NCBI GenBank assembly: GCA_016235665.1 | Contig: JACRJI010000003.1 | Coordinates: 160,061 to 224,060 of the forward strand | Length of the DNA stretch: 64,000 bases | Origin: a candidate division TA06 bacterium | GTDB lineage: Bacteria > Edwardsbacteria > AC1 > EtOH8 | Reading direction: 5' to 3' | Part shown: in pieces, positions 1-7,694 of the stretch | Position numbering within the stretch: position 1 is the first letter of the stretch | Layout of the letters: each line of letters begins with the position of its first letter | Position numbers and translations under genes: made by a program | Notes under the pieces: generated by a model | The model's database searches: none | Seen by the model: only the letters and a program-made list of their open reading frames with translations | Told to the model about the DNA's origin: nothing

Positions 1-183
1 GATTTAGGAAGAGGTTTGAGTGACCGCCCCACGTCATTGCGAATGTGGCACCGTGCCTTACAAATGAAGCAATCTGACTTTAAGCAGGTGGATTGCTCCG
101 TTTGTCCGATGATGAGCCACCTTGCAATGACTGTCGACAGTAACCCAAAAAACCGGGACTTAAAGATTTAAGCCCCGGTTTTT

Positions 184-591
184 TTATCGTCCCTCCACCA
201 GCTTCACCCAGACCTCCCGTTTCCTGGGCCCGTCAAACTCGCAGAAATACAGCCCCTGCCAGGTTCCCAGGGCCAAACGTTCGTCTTTTATGATCAAGGT
301 CTTCTCACAGCCCATCAGGCTGGACTTGATGTGGGCGGCCGAATTGCCCTCGGAGTGGGCGTAGTTGTCGTCCCAGGGAAACCGCCTGTCCAAAGAGGCC
401 AGAATGTCCCGGACCACGTCGGGGTCGGCGTTTTCGTTGACGGTCAGCCCGGCGGTGGTGTGGGGCACCCAGACCAGGGCCAGTCCGTCCTTGACCTTTT
501 CCCGGGCAATTATCTCCTGCACCCGGCCGGTGATGTCCAGAAACTGGGAGCGGGACCCGGTGGAAAGGATTATTTTATGCAGTTTATCCAC
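184..591 (-). CDS. YjbQ/UPF0047 family protein (secondary thiamine-phosphate synthase-like), paralog 1
   Basis: 135 aa translation carries the conserved YjbQ core (HTTAGLTVNENADPDV ... SEGNSAAHIKSSLMG). A second copy sits at 5226-5645. Confidence 0.8.
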   Translation of the reverse strand: MDKLHKIILSTGSRSQFLDITGRVQEIIAREKVKDGLALVWVPHTTAGLTVNENADPDVVRDILASLDRRFPWDDNYAHSEGNSAAHIKSSLMGCEKTLIIKDERLALGTWQGLYFCEFDGPRKREVWVKLVEGR

Positions 592-612
592 GTTCTAGCG
601 TTTCAGCCATAT

Positions 613-1080
613 TTAACGGGCATTTTCAAAGCTCATTATGTGCCAAGCCGCCAATGCCAAGGCTCCGCCGTTGAAGAGCATAAGGTGAAGTTCATTGCGC
701 AGCAGGATGAAGAGAACGAAGCCGAAGATCCCGGGGATGGCGGCCAGGGCCACGGCTATTATCTGCATCGGCTTGACCACCGCCGGAATGGCCGGCTCGG
801 GCAGCTGCCCCGGCAAGGGCCTGGGCCGTCCGGACAGGGAGGCGAATTTGAAGGAAAGACCCGCCACCACCAGCGAAACCAGGGTAAAAACGGCAGTTAT
901 GATCTCTTCCGGGGCGCCGCTAACAGGCCGTCCAAAAGCCCCCTGCTGATTAAGAAAGTAGGCGATGCCGGCCAAAAACAGCGGCTCCGAGGCTACGGCC
1001 CAAAGGATGATCTTTTGGACTGGGGGATTTGTGCGGTTAATATTATTGTTTTCGCGTGTTTCGCGGGCAGGTAATATCAT
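613..1080 (-). CDS. hypothetical polytopic membrane protein
   Basis: 155 aa with 4 hydrophobic helices and no recognisable motif. Only a 21-nt gap separates it from the next minus gene. Confidence 0.45.
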   Translation of the reverse strand: MILPARETRENNNINRTNPPVQKIILWAVASEPLFLAGIAYFLNQQGAFGRPVSGAPEEIITAVFTLVSLVVAGLSFKFASLSGRPRPLPGQLPEPAIPAVVKPMQIIAVALAAIPGIFGFVLFILLRNELHLMLFNGGALALAAWHIMSFENAR

Positions 1081-1802
1081 TTAAATCTCCTTAACACCGG
1101 TGTTCCCAGGTCCATGTAATCTTTAAGATACCTGAAGTAACCCTCCACAGTGAACCAGCCATCCTTGCCGTAACCCTCCAGGGCCTTCTCGATATGGAAC
1201 TCCTGGGCCGGCATGTAGCTGAAGCCCAGCAGATAAAGCTTTTGTCCGGCAGAGTTCCGGCAGACATTCATCACCACCGAAACGTGGCCCACCCCGCCCC
1301 GCTCGTTCTGGACCACCATGTCGCCGGGGGCCAGGGCGGAGGTATCCACCACGGCGCAGCCTTTTTTAAGGGAATAGGAATTGCTGTTGGCAAAGGCCCG
1401 GCGCAAGAAATTCCGGTAACTCAGCCGGGAGGTGCTGTAATTCTGCCTCCTGCCGTTGTAGTCAAACAGGTAGAGCTTATCCAGCCGGTTGGTGTCCTTA
1501 TGATACTCGGCCCACAGCCGCATGGCGTAATCGGCGCACTGCTCCAGGTCTCCGGTGAACAAGAGGGGCAGGTCCAGCACAGCGTAAACGCTGTATGATC
1601 CGGCCGGGACCTTGCGTCCGGCATGGTCCGCTATCTCCAGACTGTTTTTCAGCGGCCGCCGGGTAAGCCAATAACTATAGCCTTCTGCGGGATATTCGAC
1701 CGCTTTGTAGCCGGCCGGGACGGGGATATCTTTGATCAGCTTCGGCTGCTGGGCGAATGCCAGCAAAGGCAAGGCTAAAAGGATGAATATTTTTTTCAAC
1801 AT
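1077..1802 (-). CDS. secreted hypothetical protein (DUF4846-like)
   Basis: 241 aa with an N-terminal signal peptide (MLKKIFILLALPLLAFAQQ). Its 4-nt overlap with the downstream gene suggests translational coupling. Confidence 0.5.
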   Translation of the reverse strand: MLKKIFILLALPLLAFAQQPKLIKDIPVPAGYKAVEYPAEGYSYWLTRRPLKNSLEIADHAGRKVPAGSYSVYAVLDLPLLFTGDLEQCADYAMRLWAEYHKDTNRLDKLYLFDYNGRRQNYSTSRLSYRNFLRRAFANSNSYSLKKGCAVVDTSALAPGDMVVQNERGGVGHVSVVMNVCRNSAGQKLYLLGFSYMPAQEFHIEKALEGYGKDGWFTVEGYFRYLKDYMDLGTPVLRRFK

Positions 1803-1845
1803 TCTGTGTTTCCGTGGTAAATCTGTTCCGGCGGGGTGAAGTCTG

Positions 1846-2109
1846 TTACTGTGTATTCTTGCCCACCGGGGCGTTCTTGGGCGGCCGTGTGATCAGGTAC
1901 ATCGGCAGGAAGAATATCAGCACCAGGAAGACCAGCATGGCCCAGAGCAATGGAGCCCAGGGCGCCCGGTAGCGCTGCCTGGCGTCGTAATACACCCAGA
2001 AGCAGACCGGCACCAGGATGGCCATGGCGATCACGGTGATCACCGGGTCCTGCTGGGCGAAGGGCGAACCCTGGGAAAGATCGAGGTTGTTGTCTAAATT
2101 AACGCGCAT
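1846..2109 (-). CDS. small membrane protein, hypothetical
   Basis: 87 aa with two predicted TM helices and an RYRAPW motif between them. Confidence 0.4.
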   Translation of the reverse strand: MRVNLDNNLDLSQGSPFAQQDPVITVIAMAILVPVCFWVYYDARQRYRAPWAPLLWAMLVFLVLIFFLPMYLITRPPKNAPVGKNTQ

Positions 2110-2514
2110 ACTTTTTTCTGAAAAATATTATTTACGGGATAGACAGGATTTACCTGAAATCACCATGTTCTTTTTCTTTTTTGTACCGCCAACTAAGAAA
2201 AAGAACCAAAAAGAAAAAAGCTCGTCGCTTAAAACTCTCCGGGCCACGCTTACGCTAAAGCTTCAGCGGGCCCGCGTTGCGCTTCTCGTTGCTGACGGGC
2301 TTGTCTGAACTCGGGCTTTGGCCAATCCCTCAAACATGCAGACAAGCTTTTTCCGCCATCAACTGCGATGCTCACTGATCGTTTTAACGCGACATACCGG
2401 GGTTGACACCGGTTATTCATACATAATCCCGAGCTAATTGGACAAATATCTTACAGGATTTCAACGTAGCAACATTAGTAAAAGAATCATGTTAATCCTG
2501 TCCAGGGAAAAGTA

Positions 2515-4149
2515 TTATCTTCCTCCTCCCGCGCAGGCGCAGGCGCACCCGGCGCAGGCGCAGGCACAGGCGCAGCCCCCGCCGCCGCTGGTTCTGCCGC
2601 TGCCGGAGCTTACCGGGACGGGGTTGGTCTTGTCGGTGATCTTGCCGGTGAAACTGTCCACCTTGCCCACCAGCCCGGCGGCAAAGCCCTCCATGCCGGT
2701 GGTCATCCTATTGGCAAAATCGGCGCCGGGAAGCTTGGGCATCTCAATGCTCGGCCCTTTTCCCACCGAGCCCCCGCCGCCGGTGGTCTGGCCGCCGCCG
2801 TATCCCCAGCGGCCCCACCAGCGGGGAAGGAACACATCACCCGTGCCGTACTGGCTGCGCATCCGGTCGTTGTAAGCGGGGTCCATGCTCATCCAGTCGA
2901 ACTGTTCCTCCAGCTCTTTGGTCTTAAGCTCCGGGGTCTGGGCCGCGGTGACCTGCTGCCAGGCCTGGCTGACGATGCTCTTATAATAGGCGATGGTCTC
3001 CTTGCGGGAAAAACCCTTCATCTTGGCGTTGGTCTCCTTGATGAGATCGATCATTAGGGCCTGCAGCTTGGCTTCGGGAGCAAGGCCCTGCTTGTCCAAA
3101 GACGCCAGGAATGTTTTTTCGTAGGGTTGGTCGGCCGTGGTTTCGTCCAGCACCTTGAACTTAAGCTGGGGCGAGCGGCTGGAAACCTCCAGCGCGCCTT
3201 TCTTGATCAGCCCGAACAGGATCATGGTCAGAACCTTGTCCAGAGGCATCTCCAGCAGCAGGCCGGCCTCGGGCGCGGTCAGGCCCCGCTTGATGCCCAC
3301 GCCCTCCACCGAGACCTCGGGCGGCAGGTATTTCATCTTGCGCTTCTTGTTCTGCCAGTATCCCAGGGCGATGATGGCGGGGAAGAACAGGAAGAAAATA
3401 TTTCCCAAAAGGAACCGGATCACCCACCAGATGGCTTTGAAGAACCCGCCCACTATCCGCACCAACAAAGGGGCCGGCCGGGAGACGGCCCCGGGGCTGA
3501 CGTATCTGGCCGGGAAGGAGGCCCCAAAGGTGTACTGTTCATCGGGTTCTGCTGATTCCATCACCCAGCGGTAGACCGGGGTATTGTCCACGGTATCGTA
3601 CCAGGCCTCGGTGAACTGATTTTCGTGATAGCGCGGCTCGTCCGCCTGAACGCCGGGCGGGAAGACGAAGTTGCATTCCAGGTAGGTGCTGCCGGAGACA
3701 TATTCCGAGCCGTACCAGGTGGGCGAGAACATGAAGGAGGCATAGGCCTCGTCCTGGGAATCCTGGTTCAGCATGCTGGTCAAATGCACCCAGAACTCCA
3801 GCGTCCCTGAATCGCCTGGGGCGATGGACATTTCGTCCAAATGCACCTCCACCCCGTAGGGCTTGACGTACTCCGAGACCCGGATGTCGGAAAGCACGGT
3901 CTCGCCGACCTTGGCCCGGGCCGATTCCAGCTGGTAGCTGCCGTTGGGCAGCCCTATGTCCACGATGTCTATGGCCTGGCCTTCGGGCAGACAGGTGAAG
4001 GTCAGGGCATAATACAGGTCAGCCTGTCCCGAGGGGTTTATGGTCACCCAGGAGACATTGCGGGGGAGCTCAAAGCGGTAGTCGGCCAGGGCGGTGGAGC
4101 CGACGGCCAGCAGGAGGCTTAGGGCCAGGAAGAATGGTTTATGTTTCAT
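2515..4149 (-). CDS. DUF2207-like membrane protein with Gly-rich C-terminus ending in a (Cys-Ala)n tail
   Basis: Signal peptide, an extracellular domain of ~220 aa, TM helices, a cytoplasmic region and a Gly-rich tail (GGGQTTGGGG...). The final residues read GGGGCACACACAGCACACAGGGR. The ATG at 4147-4149 (rc) with RBS AAGGG is preferred over the TTG at 4155. Confidence 0.6.
   Translation of the reverse strand: MKHKPFFLALSLLLAVGSTALADYRFELPRNVSWVTINPSGQADLYYALTFTCLPEGQAIDIVDIGLPNGSYQLESARAKVGETVLSDIRVSEYVKPYGVEVHLDEMSIAPGDSGTLEFWVHLTSMLNQDSQDEAYASFMFSPTWYGSEYVSGSTYLECNFVFPPGVQADEPRYHENQFTEAWYDTVDNTPVYRWVMESAEPDEQYTFGASFPARYVSPGAVSRPAPLLVRIVGGFFKAIWWVIRFLLGNIFFLFFPAIIALGYWQNKKRKMKYLPPEVSVEGVGIKRGLTAPEAGLLLEMPLDKVLTMILFGLIKKGALEVSSRSPQLKFKVLDETTADQPYEKTFLASLDKQGLAPEAKLQALMIDLIKETNAKMKGFSRKETIAYYKSIVSQAWQQVTAAQTPELKTKELEEQFDWMSMDPAYNDRMRSQYGTGDVFLPRWWGRWGYGGGQTTGGGGSVGKGPSIEMPKLPGADFANRMTTGMEGFAAGLVGKVDSFTGKITDKTNPVPVSSGSGRTSGGGGCACACACAGCACACAGGGR
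2531..2576. repeat. hexanucleotide tandem repeat (GCGCAG)n, ~7 units with 2 variants
   Basis: gcgcag gcgcag gcgcac ccg gcgcag gcgcag gcacag gcgcag. It encodes the Cys-Ala repeat at the 3' end of the minus-strand gene 2515-4149. Confidence 0.9.
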
Positions 4150-4322
4150 TTTCAAACCCTTTGTTTGGGTATGTCAAATTTCGGAAAACAGTCGAAATTT
4201 ACTTGTATTACAATCATCTTAATATATGTAAAATCAATTGTCAAGAAAATTTGAAACAAAAGACAGCGTCCATGCGTATTCAATCTAAACACAGCAAAAA
4301 ACCGCCAAAAGAGGGGAAAAAC

Positions 4323-5060
4323 ATGAATTTTTCATCGTTAAAAACAAGGATCGGCCAAATGCCGTATATGGTAACCATCCTGGTCTTTTTATGGACCGCT
4401 TTGGCCCGCGCGGCCGCGCCGGAGGTCCAGGTCAGGAACACCGGGGATTTCAGCAAATTGCATTTCGACGGGGCCTATACCGTGTTCGTTGAGCAGGGCC
4501 AAACCTGCTCGGTCAAGATCGAGGCCGAGCCCAAACTGCTGGCCAAGGTTACCACCGAGGTCAAGAACGGAACGTTGAGGGTGGACACCAAAGGCCGCGG
4601 CTGGTTCGGTTCCTGCCATAACGACCGGGAAGACATCAAGGTCTACATCACGGTCAAGGACTTGAAAGCCATTGACATAGACGGATCGGCCGACATCACC
4701 GGCAAGGGAAAGTTCGTCAGCGATACCATGGATCTTTCGATCTCCGGGTCCGGGGACATCATTCTGGAGCTGGAAACCAAGGTGCTGGAAACCGCCATCT
4801 CAGGAGCGGGATATGTCAAGCTTACCGGCATCGCCAAAACCTTCAGCGCCGCCATCGCCGGCTCGGGGGACATCAAGGCTTTGGAGCTGATCACGGAAAA
4901 ATGCGAGGTATCCATTGCCGGCTCGGGCGACTGCCAGGTGAACGCGTCACAGGAATTGGAGATCAGCATCGCCGGTAGCGGGGACGTGAGCTACAAGGGC
5001 AACCCGGCCAAGGTCAGCAACAGCGTCAGCGGGTCGGGCGAGGTGAAAAAGGTAGAGTGA
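4323..5060 (+). CDS. DUF2807 / head-GIN-domain putative adhesin (LiaG-like beta-helix)
   Basis: Signal peptide MNFSSLKTRIGQMPYMVTILVFLWTALARA, followed by repeated ~20-aa beta-strand units with recurring SGSGD/AGSGD motifs. An RBS GAGGGG lies 8 nt upstream of the ATG at 4323. The 4134 start in the ORF track was rejected. Confidence 0.65.
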   Translation: MNFSSLKTRIGQMPYMVTILVFLWTALARAAAPEVQVRNTGDFSKLHFDGAYTVFVEQGQTCSVKIEAEPKLLAKVTTEVKNGTLRVDTKGRGWFGSCHNDREDIKVYITVKDLKAIDIDGSADITGKGKFVSDTMDLSISGSGDIILELETKVLETAISGAGYVKLTGIAKTFSAAIAGSGDIKALELITEKCEVSIAGSGDCQVNASQELEISIAGSGDVSYKGNPAKVSNSVSGSGEVKKVE

Positions 5061-5166
5061 CCTGATGATTACCAAAACAGCGATAACATGAATGATATCG
5101 CTGGTAATCAACAAGGCTCTTTCGAGCCTCCAATATCAGGCCGCTTGTGCGGCCTTGATGATATCA

Positions 5167-5222
5167 AGCGATAGCCTTTAGGCTATCGCTTAATAAAGGG
5201 CGGGTTCATCGAACCCGCCCTT
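5167..5222. terminator. two tandem perfect hairpins between convergent genes
   Basis: aagcgatagcctttaggctatcgctt and aagggcgggttcatcgaacccgccctt. A further hairpin lies at 5079-5104. Confidence 0.6.
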
Positions 5223-5225
5223 TAT

Positions 5226-5645
5226 TTATTCCCCGATTATCTTCACCAGCACCCGCTTCTTCCGCCTGCCGTCGAACTCGCCGTAGAAGATCTGCTCCCA
5301 GGGTCCGAAGTCCAGCTTTCCCTTGGTCACCGCCGCCACGATCTCCCGGCCCATCACCTGCCGCTTGAGGTGGGCGTCGCCGTTGTCCTCGCCGGTCCTA
5401 TTGTGCAGGTATTGCGATACCGGCTCGTGCGGAGCCAGTTTCTCCAGCCATTTCTCGTAGTCCTGGTGAAGGCCGCCCTCGTCATCGTTGATGAAAACGC
5501 TGGCGGTGATGTGCATGGCGTTGACCAGGCACAGGCCCTCGGTAATGCCGCTATCCTTTAAGCATTTTTCCACCTGGGGCGTGATGTTCACAAATCCCCG
5601 GCGGCCTGGCAGGTTGAACCAAAGTTCCTGGCGGTAGGATTTCAT
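5226..5645 (-). CDS. YjbQ/UPF0047 family protein, paralog 2
   Basis: 139 aa from [10 protein letters not shown]. It has the same conserved blocks as 184-591 ([14 protein letters not shown] ... [15 protein letters not shown]). Start is the ATG at 5643-5645 (rc). Confidence 0.75.
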   Translation of the reverse strand: MKSYRQELWFNLPGRRGFVNITPQVEKCLKDSGITEGLCLVNAMHITASVFINDDEGGLHQDYEKWLEKLAPHEPVSQYLHNRTGEDNGDAHLKRQVMGREIVAAVTKGKLDFGPWEQIFYGEFDGRRKKRVLVKIIGE

Positions 5646-5752
5646 GGCAAGGATCCTTAAAAAATGTTTAGCATGTTCTCCGGGGCTGAGTCCTCCAATT
5701 ATAGGGCCAGGACGGCCCAAAATACAAGGGCCAAAAATAATTAAACCGGCTA

Positions 5753-5781
5753 TTGACAAATCCGGACATTTTATGTATAAT
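5753..5781 (+). promoter_or_regulatory. perfect-consensus sigma70 promoter TTGACA-N17-TATAAT upstream of the Rrf2 gene
   Basis: TTGACA at 5753-5758, a 17-nt spacer, TATAAT at 5776-5781, and a TG immediately upstream. Confidence 0.6.
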
Positions 5782-5803
5782 AGGACTAAATTAGTCTTAT
5801 AAT
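5777..5803. promoter_or_regulatory. 27-bp imperfect palindrome ATAATAGGACTAAATTAGTCTTATAAT overlapping the -10 and TSS (putative Rrf2 operator)
   Basis: 11 of 13 positions are symmetric. The core GACTAAATTAGTC matches the GACT..AGTC core of IscR type-1 sites. It lies 15 nt upstream of the rrf2 start codon. Confidence 0.5.
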
Positions 5804-5817
5804 AAAAAGGTTCGAAA

Positions 5818-6207
5818 ATGCTTCTGACCAAACGCAACGAGTACGCCCTGCAGGCCATGATCCTGCTGGCTCGCCAAAAGGAAGGAGAGCCAGTGCCGGC
5901 CTCGGCCCTGGCCAAAAAATTAAAGACCACTCCGGCCTTCATGTCCAAGATAGCCCAGCAGCTTTCCGGGGCCGGTCTGGTAAGGTCCCAAAAGGGCAAG
6001 AACGGGGGGCTGTTCCTGGGCCGGCCGGCCCAAAAGATACTGGTAAAACAGATCTTTTCGGCGGTGGACGGGACGCTTTTGGTCAGCGCCTGCCTGAACG
6101 AGGGCCGCTGTAAGCACCATGTCTGCCCGATCTATCCGGCCCTGACCAAACTACAGAAAGACCTGGACAACCAGCTTAATTCGGCCAAACTGTCAATCTT
6201 TGTTTGA
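5818..6207 (+). CDS. Rrf2-family transcriptional regulator with three Cys (NsrR/IscR-like Fe-S sensor)
   Basis: N-terminal wHTH typical of Rrf2 ([14 protein letters not shown] ... [22 protein letters not shown]), and a C-terminal [12 protein letters not shown] motif (Cx5Cx4C). Confidence 0.85.
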   Translation: MLLTKRNEYALQAMILLARQKEGEPVPASALAKKLKTTPAFMSKIAQQLSGAGLVRSQKGKNGGLFLGRPAQKILVKQIFSAVDGTLLVSACLNEGRCKHHVCPIYPALTKLQKDLDNQLNSAKLSIFV

Positions 6208-6208
6208 A

Positions 6209-6259
6209 CCCCACCCCATCCCTCCCCTCGAGGGGAGGGAAAGAGGGAGAGGTCAAAGG
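6209..6259 (+). repeat. palindromic intergenic repeat element, family 2, copy A
   Basis: A tccctcccctcGAggggaggga hairpin followed by the tail aagagggagaggtcaaagg. See the other copies at 9369, 12040, 22571, 26831 and 30458. Confidence 0.6.
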
Positions 6260-6264
6260 ATATC

Positions 6265-6969
6265 ATGAAACGCAAGATAGTCCAGATAGACCAGGAAAAA
6301 TGCAACGGCTGCGGAGAATGCATCCCCAACTGCGTGGAGGGCGCGCTGAAGATCGTGGACGGCAAGGCCCGGCTGGTGGGCGACAAATACTGCGACGGGT
6401 TGGGGGCCTGCCTGGGACATTGTCCCCAGGATGCCATCAGGGTGGTGGAGCGCGAGGCCGAGGCCTTCGATGAAAATATCGTAAGGGCGATTCATGAATC
6501 GCCCTTACGGGATAAAACAAATAATTCCCCGGCCTGCGCCTGTCCCGGATCGCAGATCCGGCAGAAACTTCCATCCCCGGCAACTGCAAACGTTACAACT
6601 GTAAACTCTCAACTGGCTCATTGGCCCATCCAACTGCACCTGGTGCCGGTCAACGTCCCGTTCTTCCAGGATGCCGATCTGCTTATCGCCGCCTCCTGCA
6701 CGCCTTTTTCCTACGGGGATTTTCACACCGTGATGCTGGCCGGTAAATCGCTGATAATAGCCTGCCCCAAACTGGACAAGACAGAGCCGTATCTGGAAAA
6801 GCTGACGGAGATATTCCGGCAGAACGACATCAAATCCGTTACCGTGGCCATCATGGAAGTGCCATGCTGCCAGGGTTTGCTGCGGCTGGTGCGCCAGTCG
6901 CTGAAGGACTCGGGGAAGAGAATGTCTATTACTGTAGAAACAATCACCGTAAAAGGCGAAAGGCTATGA
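6265..6969 (+). CDS. 2x[4Fe-4S] ferredoxin-domain protein with C-terminal Cys-containing domain (hcp-associated Fe-S protein)
   Basis: CNGCGECIPNC and CDGLGACLGHCP cluster motifs, a low-complexity linker, and a C-terminal domain with CTPF...CPKL...CCQG. Confidence 0.65.
   Translation: MKRKIVQIDQEKCNGCGECIPNCVEGALKIVDGKARLVGDKYCDGLGACLGHCPQDAIRVVEREAEAFDENIVRAIHESPLRDKTNNSPACACPGSQIRQKLPSPATANVTTVNSQLAHWPIQLHLVPVNVPFFQDADLLIAASCTPFSYGDFHTVMLAGKSLIIACPKLDKTEPYLEKLTEIFRQNDIKSVTVAIMEVPCCQGLLRLVRQSLKDSGKRMSITVETITVKGERL
6480..6509. repeat. 30-bp perfect palindrome CGTAAGGGCGATTCA|TGAATCGCCCTTACG inside the Fe-S protein linker
   Basis: Read directly from the sequence. A related copy lies at 6985-7010. 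Confidence 0.9.
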
Positions 6970-6984
6970 CCCCAACCTTAAAAA

Positions 6985-7010
6985 GTAAGGGCAATTCATG
7001 AATTGCCCCA
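6985..7010. repeat. palindrome GTAAGGGCAATTCATGAATTGCCC (20-bp perfect core), flanked by direct CCCCAACC octamers
   Basis: Lies between the Fe-S protein stop and the rubredoxin RBS. CCCCAACC occurs at 6970-6977 and 7007-7014. Confidence 0.85.
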
Positions 7011-7027
7011 ACCAGAAAGGAACCACC

Positions 7028-7189
7028 ATGAAAAAGTACCGCTGTACTATCTGCGATTACATCTACGATCCGGCCGCCGGTGATCCCGATTCCGGCATTG
7101 CCCCGGGGACCCCGTTCGAGAAGATCCCGGATACCTGGGTCTGCCCGATCTGCCAGGTGGACAAAAGCAACTTTGAACCTTTAGACTAA
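7028..7189 (+). CDS. rubredoxin
   Basis: 53 aa with [11 protein letters not shown] ... WVCPICQ (two CxxC pairs). An RBS GAAAGGAA precedes the ATG at 7028. Confidence 0.85.
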   Translation: MKKYRCTICDYIYDPAAGDPDSGIAPGTPFEKIPDTWVCPICQVDKSNFEPLD

Positions 7190-7264
7190 ACATGCCACAG
7201 AGACACAGAGATATTATTAAGGATATTTTATGCATAGTGTCTGGGTATTAAAAAGGAGTAAGCG

Positions 7265-7582
7265 ATGATAACCATAGAAACTTTGGATTTCAACACGGCG
7301 GAGAAGGCCTGCAAGGGCGTGTTCAGCCAACCGCAGGCTCTGGTCAACTATCTACATCTCAAGCAGGGCCAGGAAGTGGCCCGTCACCTGGCTAACGCCG
7401 ATATGGTCTACCTGATCGTACTGCAGGGCGAAGGGGTTTTCAACTTTGAGGAAAGGGATCATGTCATGAAACACGGCCAGCTGGCCGCGGTGACGCGGGG
7501 AACGCCGATGCACATAACAAATCGGGAGTCGGAAGACCTAAGTTTCATTGTGATAAAAACGCCCAATCCGGAGAACAAGTGA
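7265..7582 (+). CDS. cupin-domain protein
   Basis: 105 aa small beta-barrel with a cupin-like His/Glu pattern. RBS GGAG. Confidence 0.55.
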   Translation: MITIETLDFNTAEKACKGVFSQPQALVNYLHLKQGQEVARHLANADMVYLIVLQGEGVFNFEERDHVMKHGQLAAVTRGTPMHITNRESEDLSFIVIKTPNPENK

Positions 7583-7601
7583 CATAATTGACAAGATTTA
7601 A

Positions 7602-7641
7602 GCCCCGCCATACTTCGACACAGCTCAGTATCCGGCGGGGC
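7602..7641 (+). promoter_or_regulatory. stable 13-bp stem-loop in the cupin-hcp intergenic region, no U-tract
   Basis: GCCCCGCC-ATACT-[loop 12]-AGTAT-CC-GGCGGGGC. A TTGACA (7588-7593) lies upstream with a weak -10. Confidence 0.4.
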
Positions 7642-7694
7642 ATAAGCGTACGGGAATGAGAAACACAAAATGCCAAAAATAAGAAGGAGATAAA

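Noticed and set aside
331-1074. 247-aa plus-strand ORF
   Set aside because: It is antisense to two well-supported minus-strand genes (yjbQ and a membrane protein). Its Gly/Pro/Arg/Val-rich composition is typical of spurious ORFs in high-GC DNA.
2438-2875. 145-aa plus-strand ORF with an AQAQAQ repeat
   Set aside because: It is the mirror image of the (GCGCAG)n repeat on the opposite strand of the DUF2207-like gene.
4134-4322. Upstream extension of the DUF2807 ORF
   Set aside because: It is AT-rich and has no RBS. The signal peptide and RBS support the ATG at 4323.
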